32,000 nucleotides of DNA from Acaryochloris thomasi RCC1774 (lineage in GTDB: Bacteria > Cyanobacteriota > Cyanobacteriia > Thermosynechococcales > Thermosynechococcaceae), in the NCBI RefSeq assembly GCF_003231495.1, contig NZ_PQWO01000013.1:90001-122000 (forward strand). Direction: 5' to 3'. The notes below the pieces were generated by a model. That model did not search any database. It had not been told where the DNA came from and saw only the letters and a program-made list of their open reading frames with translations. This document shows positions 16,998-25,835 of this stretch, one piece after another. A program made the translations under genes and the position numbers. Position 1 is the stretch's first letter; each line of letters opens with the position of its first letter.

Positions 16998-18144
16998 TTC
17001 TATGACTCGCGTTGTGGGGTTGATGAGTGGTACCTCAGTCGATGGGATTGATGCGGCTTTGGTTAACATTTGTGGTCAAGAGATTGATTTAGAGGTAAAT
17101 CTGCTGGCCTTCGAGACCTATTCCTATCCTGCAGATCTGCGGGAGCAAATCTTGGCGGTCTGCGCCGGGGAGAGGTTGACGGTTGAGCAGTTGGCTAAAT
17201 TAGATGATGCGATCGCAACTGCATTTACCCAAGCGGCTCTCAACATTCAGCAGGGCCATTCACCGGCAACCTTAATCGGCTCCCATGGACAAACCGTTTT
17301 CCATCGCCCCCCGATGCCGGATATCCTGGGATATAGCCTGCAGCTCGGTCGAGGAGAGCTGATCGCCCAACGAACAAACATTGCCACTATCAGCAACTTT
17401 CGGGCTGCTGACTTAGCCATTGGCGGCCAGGGAGCACCCTTGGTTCCTAAAGTTGACCTATGCCTGCTCAGCGATGCTCAACAGTCTCGCTGTGTTCAAA
17501 ATATTGGCGGCATGGGAAACGTCACCTTTTTACCCCCCTTGAAAACCCCAGAACAGTTGGGCGTTGGCGTACAGGGATGGGATACTGGCCCCGGTAACGT
17601 ATTGATCGACTTAGCCGTACAGCAGTTTTCTGATGGCCAGCAGACCTATGACCGGGACGGAGCCTGGGCCGCTAGCGGAACCCCCTGTCAAGCCTTAGTC
17701 GATCAGTGGTTGACCCATCCTTTCTTTGCCGAGCCACCCCCTAAATCCACCGGGCGCGAGTTGTTTAGCCCCCAGTATTTGCAGAGCCGCCTACAGGAAG
17801 CACAGGCCCATCAGCTCAGTGAAGCCGATATTATAGCCACGCTAACGGAGTTGACAGCCGCCTCCATTGCTCTAAACTACACCCAGTTTTTGCCGCAGCT
17901 GCCCGACCAAGTTTTGTTGGCGGGGGGCGGCAGCCTCAATCACTACCTGCGGCAGCGCCTAACGCTGAGGCTGGGAGGCATTCCAGTACTAACCACCGAT
18001 GAAGTGGGGCTAAATGCTGATGCGAAGGAAGCGATCGCATTTGCGGTTTTAGCCTATTGGCATCACCACCAGATTCCTGGCAACCTCCCGGCTGTAACTG
18101 GAGCCAAACGATCGACACTGTTGGGAACATGCCATGAACCTTAA
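16984..18144 (+). CDS. anmK: Anhydro-N-acetylmuramic acid kinase
   Basis: It has the hallmark N-terminus (V)[17 protein letters not shown] and a length typical of AnmK. The start is either ATG 16984, which overlaps the upstream gene by 14 nt, or ATG 17002. Confidence 0.9.
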   Translation: MRSNSSMTRVVGLMSGTSVDGIDAALVNICGQEIDLEVNLLAFETYSYPADLREQILAVCAGERLTVEQLAKLDDAIATAFTQAALNIQQGHSPATLIGSHGQTVFHRPPMPDILGYSLQLGRGELIAQRTNIATISNFRAADLAIGGQGAPLVPKVDLCLLSDAQQSRCVQNIGGMGNVTFLPPLKTPEQLGVGVQGWDTGPGNVLIDLAVQQFSDGQQTYDRDGAWAASGTPCQALVDQWLTHPFFAEPPPKSTGRELFSPQYLQSRLQEAQAHQLSEADIIATLTELTAASIALNYTQFLPQLPDQVLLAGGGSLNHYLRQRLTLRLGGIPVLTTDEVGLNADAKEAIAFAVLAYWHHHQIPGNLPAVTGAKRSTLLGTCHEP

Positions 18145-18228
18145 CCCTATAGAAGATAGCCAACTCAATCGGGCACGAAGAACGACGCGATCCTTCGCCT
18201 CCTCAGGTACTGCAAGAGGACTGCCATT

Positions 18229-18675
18229 ATGAAACATACGTTTTTGATGGATGCAGGTCGCTGGACTTTCAAAGGGCACTGGCTTGAACGCGATCAGGCT
18301 CCACAGCCCATTGAAGGGAAAATATTAGTAGCTTGGAGCCAAGACAACTGGTTTACCATGATCAGCAAGCTCTTGTTTCTAGGGCCATCGCCGGGTTCAG
18401 ACCTGATTATGAAATATAAAGGGCGGCTAGATAGCGAAGCCCGCCACTATACCTTTGTGCTGCAGCACAGCCAGCTAGGCCCTGTGGAAGGAGAAGGATG
18501 GATTGCGCCAACCTCTATCGTTCAGAGATTTTGGTCATTAGAAGATCGCCAGCGGCGGGGCGGCTTTGAAACGATTCATTATGTCAATGACAATCACTAC
18601 CTGCTGTCCAGCAGCATTATGGCCGGACATTCCCTACTCAGTACGTTAGAGGCCACGCTCAACCGTCAAACTTAG
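18229..18675 (+). CDS. Hypothetical protein (148 aa)
   Basis: ATG-initiated ORF of plausible composition that occupies the only coding-capable frame between anmK and the TolC-like gene. I recognise no family. Confidence 0.5.
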   Translation: MKHTFLMDAGRWTFKGHWLERDQAPQPIEGKILVAWSQDNWFTMISKLLFLGPSPGSDLIMKYKGRLDSEARHYTFVLQHSQLGPVEGEGWIAPTSIVQRFWSLEDRQRRGGFETIHYVNDNHYLLSSSIMAGHSLLSTLEATLNRQT

Positions 18676-20189
18676 GATGCATCAGCAATGTTTCGGCGGC
18701 CCACAAAGCGCTGGAGGGAGATGAGCGCCCGGTTATAGTCAATTGTGGCTGAAAGCAGGTTACTCTGTGCTCGCGTTAGGTCCGTTTCAGAGTTACTGAC
18801 CTCAAGCTGGGTACCGATTCCGGCCTGGAATCTCAGACGGGCCAACCGGAGACTTTCTTCTGCCTGCTCAACAGCCCGCTCATTGGTTTGGATATTGTCA
18901 AAACTGGACTTGAGGGTAAAGTAGTTTTGCTCAACCTGAAAGCGGACTAGATTCTTAAAGTTGGCAAACTGGGTCTCGGCAATGGCAACGCTCAATTCCT
19001 GCTGTTTAGCATTGGCCCTGGTCGCACCGCCATCAAAGATCAGCTTGGTCACCTGTCCACCCGCAGTGTAGCCCAACTGGCCTGAGAGATCATCACCAAT
19101 GTCTTCTGCAAAGGAAGCGCTAGCGGAGACGCTGGCCTGAGGCCCAAAGCTGCCCCGAATCAATCGCCGGTTCTGCTGAGCAATCTGGCGCTGCTCCAAA
19201 ATTTCTGCAAGCTCTGAGCGATTTTGGAGGGCAAGGGCAATGCTCTTTTCTAGCGAGAGCGGCCAAGTCCCTGCGGTCTCAACAGGATCAGCGGCTGAGA
19301 GGGTAGCAGTTTCCCTGATGCTGAGGGTCTCGCTCAGTTGGCGGCGGGTAATTTCCTCCTGACCGATGGCCTCTGTAAGCTGTTGCTGCAGGTCTGAAAG
19401 CTGAACTTCAGCCTGCAAAACGTCAAACTTCGTTCCCAGCCCGGCCCGCTCTAGGGCTTGGGTATCCTGTAGACTCCTTTGGGCGTTGTCAACGGAGGCT
19501 TGGGCAATCCGCACTAGTTCGTTGGTCTGCTGCATGTCGTAGTAGTCATTGGAGACATCCAGTCGCAGATCCTGTAGTTCAGTGTCTAGCGTATCTTCGG
19601 CAGCACGGATAGCCGCTTCAGCAGCGCGGATACTGGCCGATCGCTGCCCTGAGGTAAATACATCATAACTAAGCTGTACGCTCGTACTGAGGGTGTCAGT
19701 GACGCCTGTGGTAGAGACCCCAGGAGTGACAGGACCACCAGGAATAGGGGAAGGAATATCAGGAGTATCAGGACTGATAAGTATCTCATTACGCGTAAAC
19801 CCAGCCTGTGCTGAAGCGGTTGGCAGCAGAGCCGCCTCAGCCTCTCGGAGTTCGGATTGGCTCTGCTGCAGCTGCAGTTCAGCAACCTGCACATCTCGAT
19901 TGTTGCGTTGAGCAAGTTCTAAAGCCTGCTCTAAGGTGATGGGCTGATCTAAGTCGATAGTGACCTGCTCTTCCGTTGTTGGAACATCCAGGAGCTTTGG
20001 GTCAGGATTAAGGGGGATCAGATCGGCGGCAGATGCGGGCGCTGTCGGCAGCTGCGATTCGGTCTCTGATGGCGTTTCAATCTCTGGGAAGGGATCTTGT
20101 CCCCAGCTTGCAGGGCTGTGCAACAAGGCCACTGCGCTGAGTCCGCTGGCGACGAGTCCGGCCATCCGCTTCTGATATTTTGCGCGCAC
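18672..20189 (-). CDS. TolC-family outer-membrane efflux/secretion duct (HgdD-like)
   Basis: 505 aa with a signal peptide. Two tandem coiled-coil/beta-barrel repeats show typical OEP patterns (LTLEQALELAQRNNRDVQ, YDVFTSGQR, TQLEVSNSETDLTRAQSNLLSATIDYNRALISLQR). GTG start at 20189, or ATG at 20165. Confidence 0.85.
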   Translation of the reverse strand: MRAKYQKRMAGLVASGLSAVALLHSPASWGQDPFPEIETPSETESQLPTAPASAADLIPLNPDPKLLDVPTTEEQVTIDLDQPITLEQALELAQRNNRDVQVAELQLQQSQSELREAEAALLPTASAQAGFTRNEILISPDTPDIPSPIPGGPVTPGVSTTGVTDTLSTSVQLSYDVFTSGQRSASIRAAEAAIRAAEDTLDTELQDLRLDVSNDYYDMQQTNELVRIAQASVDNAQRSLQDTQALERAGLGTKFDVLQAEVQLSDLQQQLTEAIGQEEITRRQLSETLSIRETATLSAADPVETAGTWPLSLEKSIALALQNRSELAEILEQRQIAQQNRRLIRGSFGPQASVSASASFAEDIGDDLSGQLGYTAGGQVTKLIFDGGATRANAKQQELSVAIAETQFANFKNLVRFQVEQNYFTLKSSFDNIQTNERAVEQAEESLRLARLRFQAGIGTQLEVSNSETDLTRAQSNLLSATIDYNRALISLQRFVGRRNIADAS

Positions 20190-20330
20190 GTTCCTGCCTC
20201 TGGCTATAACCTTCGATTAGTACTCTATCAAATCTCCGTCGCGCTGTGAGGCTCTCTACAGATACATCAGGCAGATTTTTTCAGAGTGCAAATTTAAGTT
20301 CAAGAATGGATAGAGCCAGCTTCAAAATAT

Positions 20331-21782
20331 TCAGGACTCTTGACTGAAGAGACGATAGCGTCCTTTGCCTGCTGTTTTCGCCTCATACATGGCGCGGTCG
20401 GCATCTTCTAAGATCTTCGCTGCTGTGGTGTAGCCATAGCTGCTCAGCGTAATGCCGACGCTGATATCGGTAAAGACCTCGTGTTCTCCAAGCTGAAATG
20501 CACGGGAGACTTGATAGCGAAGACGCTGGGCAGTAATAGTGGCGTCCCCCATACCCTGGAGGTCGTTCAGTAAAACCACAAATTCGTCGCCGCCGAGCCT
20601 TGAAACGGTGTCGCCAGGACGCAAACAGCTTGCTAAACGTTTTGCGATCGCAACTAAAAGCTGATCTCCTACCTGATGTCCCAAGGTGTCATTAATCGCC
20701 TTAAACCCATCGAGATCAAGAAACAGCACCGCGAATATGCGGTGGGGATGACGCTGTGATCGTCGCAGAGACTGCTCTAACCGGTTGAGGAACAAGGCTC
20801 GGTTTGGCAACCCCGTGAGTGAATCATGGAAGACATCATGAACAAGCTGTTCCTCACTCTGATGATGCCGAAGCGCACCGCCGATAATCGCGGCCCAAGT
20901 CCGCAGCAGGCTAATAGACTCCGGAATCCATTGACGCTCGGCTTGGCAGTGATCTAACCCAATAAATCCCCAAAAATGGTGATCTAACTCGATCGGCAAC
21001 CATAGGGTTGAGCAAATACTAGCTCGTGAGAACAAAGGCTGTTCGCAGTCCGGTAAAGATCGGGTGATGCCGACGAAGTATCCTTTCGTCACCAAGTCTT
21101 GATAACCCGACATCTGCTGAAGTTCAGTAAATGATTGATGCCGCCAGGGCATCTGTTCCAAAGAGATAGACCATCCCTCACGGAACCAAGCGAAGCTCAT
21201 CGTCACCGACTCTTGATCTACATCTGGAGAAGGATGGCACTCGCAGATATAGGCTCGGTCAACCCCCATCACAGCCCCCACAACGGCCAGAGCCTTGGTC
21301 ATGCCGGTCCGATAGTGGGACTGAACCAGCACATGCGAACTCGACTTCACCACACTCTTCAGGAGCTGATTCTCTAGCTGAAGCTGCCTTTGGCTCGTAA
21401 CATCTTGGCTATACCCCCGAATAGCTAAGGCACTCCCGTCAGATTCTGCAGTCAAGATCAGGTGGGTGTGGAGCCAGCAATAAGAACCATCTTGATGCTG
21501 AAGTCGATATTCAAAAGCCTGTGGCTCCTCCAGTTTTAAGCAGCATAATTTTTTCCTAAAGATGGTTAGATCTTCAGGATGAATTTGCTCTAGCCAAAGA
21601 CTGGCATTATTTAAGCACTCCTGCGCTGTATAGCCCCACTGACATTCAACGTTGGGGCTAATTGAGATCAATCCATAGTCCCCCTGGCCTTGACAACAGA
21701 AAAAAACAACCGGTTCTGGTTGTTTCAAAAAGTCTGCCTGAGGATAAGGAGAACTGACCTCATTATTCTGAGCGCTGCTCAC
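20331..21782 (-). CDS. PAS-GAF-GGDEF diguanylate cyclase
   Basis: The C-terminal domain has DSLTGLPNR, an RxxD I-site (RPGD) five residues before GGDEF (RLGGDEFVVLL), and YEAKTAGKGRY. A PAS-like segment sits at the N-terminus with a GAF-like middle. GTG start. Confidence 0.9.
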   Translation of the reverse strand: MSSAQNNEVSSPYPQADFLKQPEPVVFFCCQGQGDYGLISISPNVECQWGYTAQECLNNASLWLEQIHPEDLTIFRKKLCCLKLEEPQAFEYRLQHQDGSYCWLHTHLILTAESDGSALAIRGYSQDVTSQRQLQLENQLLKSVVKSSSHVLVQSHYRTGMTKALAVVGAVMGVDRAYICECHPSPDVDQESVTMSFAWFREGWSISLEQMPWRHQSFTELQQMSGYQDLVTKGYFVGITRSLPDCEQPLFSRASICSTLWLPIELDHHFWGFIGLDHCQAERQWIPESISLLRTWAAIIGGALRHHQSEEQLVHDVFHDSLTGLPNRALFLNRLEQSLRRSQRHPHRIFAVLFLDLDGFKAINDTLGHQVGDQLLVAIAKRLASCLRPGDTVSRLGGDEFVVLLNDLQGMGDATITAQRLRYQVSRAFQLGEHEVFTDISVGITLSSYGYTTAAKILEDADRAMYEAKTAGKGRYRLFSQES

Positions 21783-21985
21783 GGGTAATGATTTAGAAAT
21801 AAGAGAGCCACCATCTTATCTCTCACCGGAGCATAATGCCCACCGTGTGGGGTCGTTTTTCAAACGCCAGAACGCACCCAGCAATGGCCCATACAAAGAG
21901 CCTAGCGAGCACATTAGCCTGCGCCCTTCTTACTGGCACCATCAGAGCTTCCACGCAAGCTGCATCCCATAGAAATAAGCTTTTC

Positions 21986-22351
21986 CTATGGCTTCTGCCA
22001 ATTAACCTTAAGCTTCTTCTCGCCCGTTAAATATCCTTGATCCCGAGCAATTCGTTTCTGCTCATGGACAGAAAAGCTTCTCTGATAATCGCCCTTGAGT
22101 TGCTCAACACGACGGGTGGTTTGCGCAGTTTCAGACTGCAGCGCCTGTAGCTTTTGATGTTGCGCCAGCTGGTGCGGTACCAAATTCCAGAGTGTATAAA
22201 TCCCAACGCCAGCCAACAGACTATTTAGCCCCAATATGAAAACAGCCTCTAGGGCCTGCGTCTTCTGCTGAGGACGGCCTTTGGACGAATGAATCTGCCT
22301 GAGAGAAGCTGCAGGAGGAGCTTGCGCAATAGATTTGGGGAGGGCACTCAT
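21986..22351 (-). CDS. Small bitopic membrane protein, possibly FtsB/DivIC-like septum-formation initiator
   Basis: 121 aa with one TM (AVFILGLNSLLAGVGIYTLWNLV), then a coiled coil (QKLQALQSETAQTTRRVEQLK), then IARDQGYLTGEKKLKV. The last segment resembles the E-x-ARxxLG-x-xxxGE tail of DivIC-family proteins. The call is tentative. Confidence 0.45.
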   Translation of the reverse strand: MSALPKSIAQAPPAASLRQIHSSKGRPQQKTQALEAVFILGLNSLLAGVGIYTLWNLVPHQLAQHQKLQALQSETAQTTRRVEQLKGDYQRSFSVHEQKRIARDQGYLTGEKKLKVNWQKP

Positions 22352-22514
22352 AATTACTGAGTCACGGGCTAGGTGACTATCAAAACATTACGGATATTAG
22401 ACGTAGATTAAAGCTTGAGAGAAAGGATCAAGGGCGTAATGAGCCTTGACTCACGCTAGAATAAGCTTTGAATGCATATCAAAAAGCAGCCCGTCAGCTA
22501 TAGGCTTTGAACAA

Positions 22515-22540
22515 CTAAAAAACGGCTAAGAGCGGTTAGC
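22515..22540 (-). terminator. Second terminator-like hairpin plus T6 sharing the same CCGTTTTTTAGT tail
   Basis: The minus strand reads GCTAA-ccgctc-TTAGC-CGTTTTTTAGT. The stem is 5 bp. It lies 187 nt downstream of the first copy. Confidence 0.3.
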
Positions 22541-22701
22541 GACGTCCTTTAAGCGAGCCCCCTAACGTGCCGCCAGTCTAGCGAACTCATTCTCTAAACG
22601 CAAGCAATTGATGAGACAAAGCTGGCTCATATCGATTTATGATTCTTGCTCTTGCTGAATCAAGGAACTGAGCCGCTTAGCGTCAAGATTGAGCCTACCT
22701 A

Positions 22702-22728
22702 CTAAAAAACGGAGGCCAGGAGCACCTC
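22702..22728 (-). terminator. Candidate intrinsic terminator downstream of psaM (weak stem plus T6)
   Basis: The minus strand reads GAGG-tgctcctgg-CCTC-CGTTTTTTAGT, about 45 nt after the psaM stop. The stem is only 4 bp, so this is tentative. Confidence 0.3.
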
Positions 22729-22771
22729 AGCGACAAGGAATGTCTAGATAGACTCAAATATTGTGAATAGA

Positions 22772-22867
22772 CTATTTTGAAAGTGCAGAGCCAAGATTAA
22801 TTGCTAAAACAGCAGGCACTAGAGCAACCAATAAAGCCGCAATGATTTGCACATCTGATAAAGGCAT
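22772..22867 (-). CDS. psaM: Photosystem I reaction centre subunit XII
   Basis: The last 31 codons of track ORF 22772..22963 read MPLSDVQIIAALLVALVPAVLAINLGSALSK. This is near-collinear with known 31-aa PsaM (for example MALTDTQVYVALVIALLPAVLAFRLSTELYK). The ATG at 22867 is preceded by GGAG 9 nt upstream. Confidence 0.85.
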   Translation of the reverse strand: MPLSDVQIIAALLVALVPAVLAINLGSALSK

Positions 22868-23148
22868 ACTAAAAAACTCCTTTTTTCTGAGTCTAACTAG
22901 TTCATAATGTCGGTCAAATCGGGGCAAAGGGGAATGGTTTGTTACATGATGAAACATTCTCAAGGCGGTCTGCTGGCACGGGCTTCAACGCCATCAGGAG
23001 ATCTAAGTGAACGACTCTCAAGCCGCATTCTTTAGTTAAGCCGTAAAAATCTGCTATGCAGAGAACTAGCATTTAAGGTTAGGTTGAAGATAAGAGTAGA
23101 CGCTTGCTGTCTATATTTTTATTTTTTTGCTGCGCTTATCAGGTCTCC

Positions 23149-23943
23149 ATGGTTGATCAGGTTATAGAAATTTCCCCTCAGGCTGGGTTTGACGCGATTT
23201 TAGTCATCGTAATCCTGATTGCTCTTGAGGCGGTGCTATCGGCGGACAATGCAATTGCACTGGCTGCACTTGTGAAGGGACTGGAGGGACCCGATCTGCA
23301 GCGTCGCGCGCTCAACTTGGGTCTGATCGCAGCCTTCGGTATGCGGATGGCGCTCATTTTCACAGCCACCTGGGTCATTAAGTTCTGGCAGTTTGAGCTG
23401 TTAGGGGCAGGCTATCTTCTCTGGCTTGCGATTGACTACTTCCGCTCAAATGATGGCGAAGATGATTCACATCATGGTCCTCGGTTTGAGTCCCTGTGGC
23501 AGGCCATTCCAATGATTGCAGTTACGGACCTTGCTTTTTCTTTAGATAGCGTTACGACAGCAATTGCGCTTTCTGACAATCGCTGGTTAGTGGTCGCTGG
23601 GGGCGTAATTGGCATTATCACGCTGCGTTTCATGGCAGAGCTGTTCATTCGCTGGCTCGAAATTTATCCTCGCCTACAGGATGCGGGTTATGTCACGGTC
23701 GCCCTAGTGGGCCTCAGATTATTAGTAAAGGTCTTCAATGATAGTTTGGTGCCGCCGCAGTGGGTCATGGTCGTTGCGATCGCAACCATCTTCGCCTGGG
23801 GATTTTCCAAACGTGAACCCGATGACTCCGATCCTTTATCTACATCAGCACCAGACGAAGAACCTGAGGCTTCCGAGCTACCCACCCTAATCTCTGAACT
23901 AAGTGAGCGAACGCGAGAAGAACCTCAGGCCGTCAACGAGTAA
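23149..23943 (+). CDS. TerC-family integral membrane protein
   Basis: The signature LIALEAVLSADNAIALAALV appears in TM1, and a repeated half carries DLAFSLDSVTTAIALS. The C-terminal tail is acidic. The track start at 23104 is a TTG in a T-rich tract. I prefer the ATG at 23149. Confidence 0.85.
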   Translation: MVDQVIEISPQAGFDAILVIVILIALEAVLSADNAIALAALVKGLEGPDLQRRALNLGLIAAFGMRMALIFTATWVIKFWQFELLGAGYLLWLAIDYFRSNDGEDDSHHGPRFESLWQAIPMIAVTDLAFSLDSVTTAIALSDNRWLVVAGGVIGIITLRFMAELFIRWLEIYPRLQDAGYVTVALVGLRLLVKVFNDSLVPPQWVMVVAIATIFAWGFSKREPDDSDPLSTSAPDEEPEASELPTLISELSERTREEPQAVNE

Positions 23944-23954
23944 AGCTTAGAAAT

Positions 23955-24404
23955 CTACTCGTAAATCCACTGGGTCAAAGTAGGTTCCCAAGCTGCCAAC
24001 TCCTCAGACTTGAACCATAGGTCAATCTCACGCTGGGCCGTTTCCACCGCATCAGATCCGTGGATAATATTGCGGCCAATATCCACACCAAAATCGCCGC
24101 GAATAGTTCCTGGATCCGACTCAAGAGGATTCGTAGATCCAATCACCTTACGAGCAGCAGCGACGACCCCTTTACCTTCCCAAACCATTGCCACCACTGG
24201 ACCAGAGGTAATGAAGTCTACCAGTCCAGGGAAAAAGGGCCTTTCCTTATGCTCTCCGTAATGCTGTTCTGCCAGTTCTCGGCTCACCTGCATCAGTTTC
24301 AGCCCCACTAGGGTAAACCCCTTCGCTTCGTAGCGGCTGATAATTTCGCCTACCAAGCTTCGCTGTACGCCATCAGGTTTGACAGCTAAAAATGTTCTTT
24401 CCAC
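23955..24404 (-). CDS. ndk: Nucleoside-diphosphate kinase
   Basis: (V/M)[29 protein letters not shown] ... NIIHGSD (active-site His). The GTG at 24404 gives the canonical 149-aa protein beginning MERTF. The track ORF extends five codons further to a TTG. Confidence 0.95.
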   Translation of the reverse strand: MERTFLAVKPDGVQRSLVGEIISRYEAKGFTLVGLKLMQVSRELAEQHYGEHKERPFFPGLVDFITSGPVVAMVWEGKGVVAAARKVIGSTNPLESDPGTIRGDFGVDIGRNIIHGSDAVETAQREIDLWFKSEELAAWEPTLTQWIYE

Positions 24405-24575
24405 GGATTGCTTCTCCAACAGGGGTTTGTGTCCTTTCCTATGCTCTGGAAAGATGGCCCTTTTGTAAAGAATGATTTTGGGTAGTCACCCTGGCAACTA
24501 AGGCTCAAAGCAGGCCCCGGAAGTCCCGACTAAACTAAGCCAAATCGCTAGAATTACAACATCAAGGGTTTACAT

Positions 24576-25790
24576 ATGAATGGGTATGATCACAGCTTTA
24601 GATCCAGTACGGACTTAGACCGAGCCGTTGCTTTACTACGTCAGATCCCACCAGACCCAGATGATCTGCCAGAGACTCTTCCAGAGATGGGGGTAGGCGA
24701 GAACAGGACGCTTGATTTGCTCGCTCCTCACGTCTTGGGCGGTGCAGCAAAACTAGATGCATCAGATGCATTTGCCCATATGGATCCACCAACGCCTTGG
24801 ATTACCTGGGCAATGGCCCTCTGGAATGCCCGGCTCAATCAGAATCTTCTCCATCAAGAAACAGCACCATTTGCGACTGAAGCTGAGCAGCGAGTGATCC
24901 GTTGGCTGACTCCGTTTTTTGGAATGGGTGGGGGTCACATGTGCTCTGGATCTACAATTTCCAACTTGACGGCACTGTGGGCAGCAAGAGATGCAGGAAG
25001 GGTTCGTCGAGTCATTGCCTCTAAATCTGCACACTTGAGCATTCGCAAAGCGGCCTTAATCTTGGGCTTACCCTATGAAGAAATTGCAACCAATAAGCAT
25101 CAGCAACTTGACCCCAAGCACCTAGGCAATCTGACAGATGCTTGCTTAGTTCTCACAGCCGGGACAACCACCACCGGGATGATTGATCCATTAGAGCTTG
25201 CGGGTCGTGCCGCTTGGACCCATATTGATGCAGCTTGGGGCGGACCACTTCGTTTGAGTCCAACGTATTCCCACTTACTTAATGGAATCGAAGCAGCCGA
25301 CTCAGTGACAATCTCTGCTCATAAGTGGCTTTTTCAACCGAAAGACTCGGCACTTATCCTTTTCCGTAACCCTGAATATGTCACGCCTGCAATCAGCCTC
25401 AGCAGTGGATACCTGGCTGAACCCAATATCGGGCTCCAAGGTTCACGAGGCGCTGCAGCAATACCTCTACTCGCAACCCTGATCGCTTGGGGCCGCAGAG
25501 GAATGGTCGAACGCATTGACCGAGCAATGATGCTCGCGAACCATTTTGCCGAGAAAATTGCTGATGATGAACACTTCGAGCTATGGGGCATGCCCAGGAC
25601 TGGAGTGACCTTGTTTAAACCGACTCTGGGAACGACGCAAGATTTTTATGCGAGTCTGCCTTCTGGAATATTATCAACATGCACAGTTCAAGGCGCACAT
25701 TGGCTACGTTCTGTCGCCGCGAACCCGCTAGCCGACATTGATAAAATCTTACTTGCCGTTCGAGCTGTAAATTTCAGTCATAGCTCTTAG
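24576..25790 (+). CDS. Group II pyridoxal-dependent decarboxylase family protein (short form, substrate unknown)
   Basis: 404 aa with GGHMCSGSTISNLTALWAARD, HIDAAWGG and the PLP-lysine motif SAHKWLFQPKDSA, all typical of the DDC/GAD/MfnA family. Confidence 0.75.
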   Translation: MNGYDHSFRSSTDLDRAVALLRQIPPDPDDLPETLPEMGVGENRTLDLLAPHVLGGAAKLDASDAFAHMDPPTPWITWAMALWNARLNQNLLHQETAPFATEAEQRVIRWLTPFFGMGGGHMCSGSTISNLTALWAARDAGRVRRVIASKSAHLSIRKAALILGLPYEEIATNKHQQLDPKHLGNLTDACLVLTAGTTTTGMIDPLELAGRAAWTHIDAAWGGPLRLSPTYSHLLNGIEAADSVTISAHKWLFQPKDSALILFRNPEYVTPAISLSSGYLAEPNIGLQGSRGAAAIPLLATLIAWGRRGMVERIDRAMMLANHFAEKIADDEHFELWGMPRTGVTLFKPTLGTTQDFYASLPSGILSTCTVQGAHWLRSVAANPLADIDKILLAVRAVNFSHSS

Positions 25791-25835
25791 CCAACAGTCT
25801 CCAATCTCTAAATTCACGCGAACAGAGATGGTCCG

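Noticed and set aside
21836-22030. 64-aa plus-strand ORF between the GGDEF gene and the DivIC-like gene
   Set aside because: It overlaps the 3' end of the minus-strand gene and has no recognisable similarity. It is probably the promoter/terminator region of its neighbours.
22964-23148. Possible yybP-ykoY (manganese) riboswitch upstream of the TerC-family gene
   Set aside because: TerC genes often carry this leader, and the region contains AAGAGTAGAC (GAGUAG-like). However, the partner conserved elements (UUGACAUA, AGCAAGACC) are absent. The hit is also only about 45 nt from the ATG, too close for the four-helix aptamer of about 100 nt. The weak TAGAC-n7-GTCTA stem plus T-tract at 23095-23130 is noted but not called.
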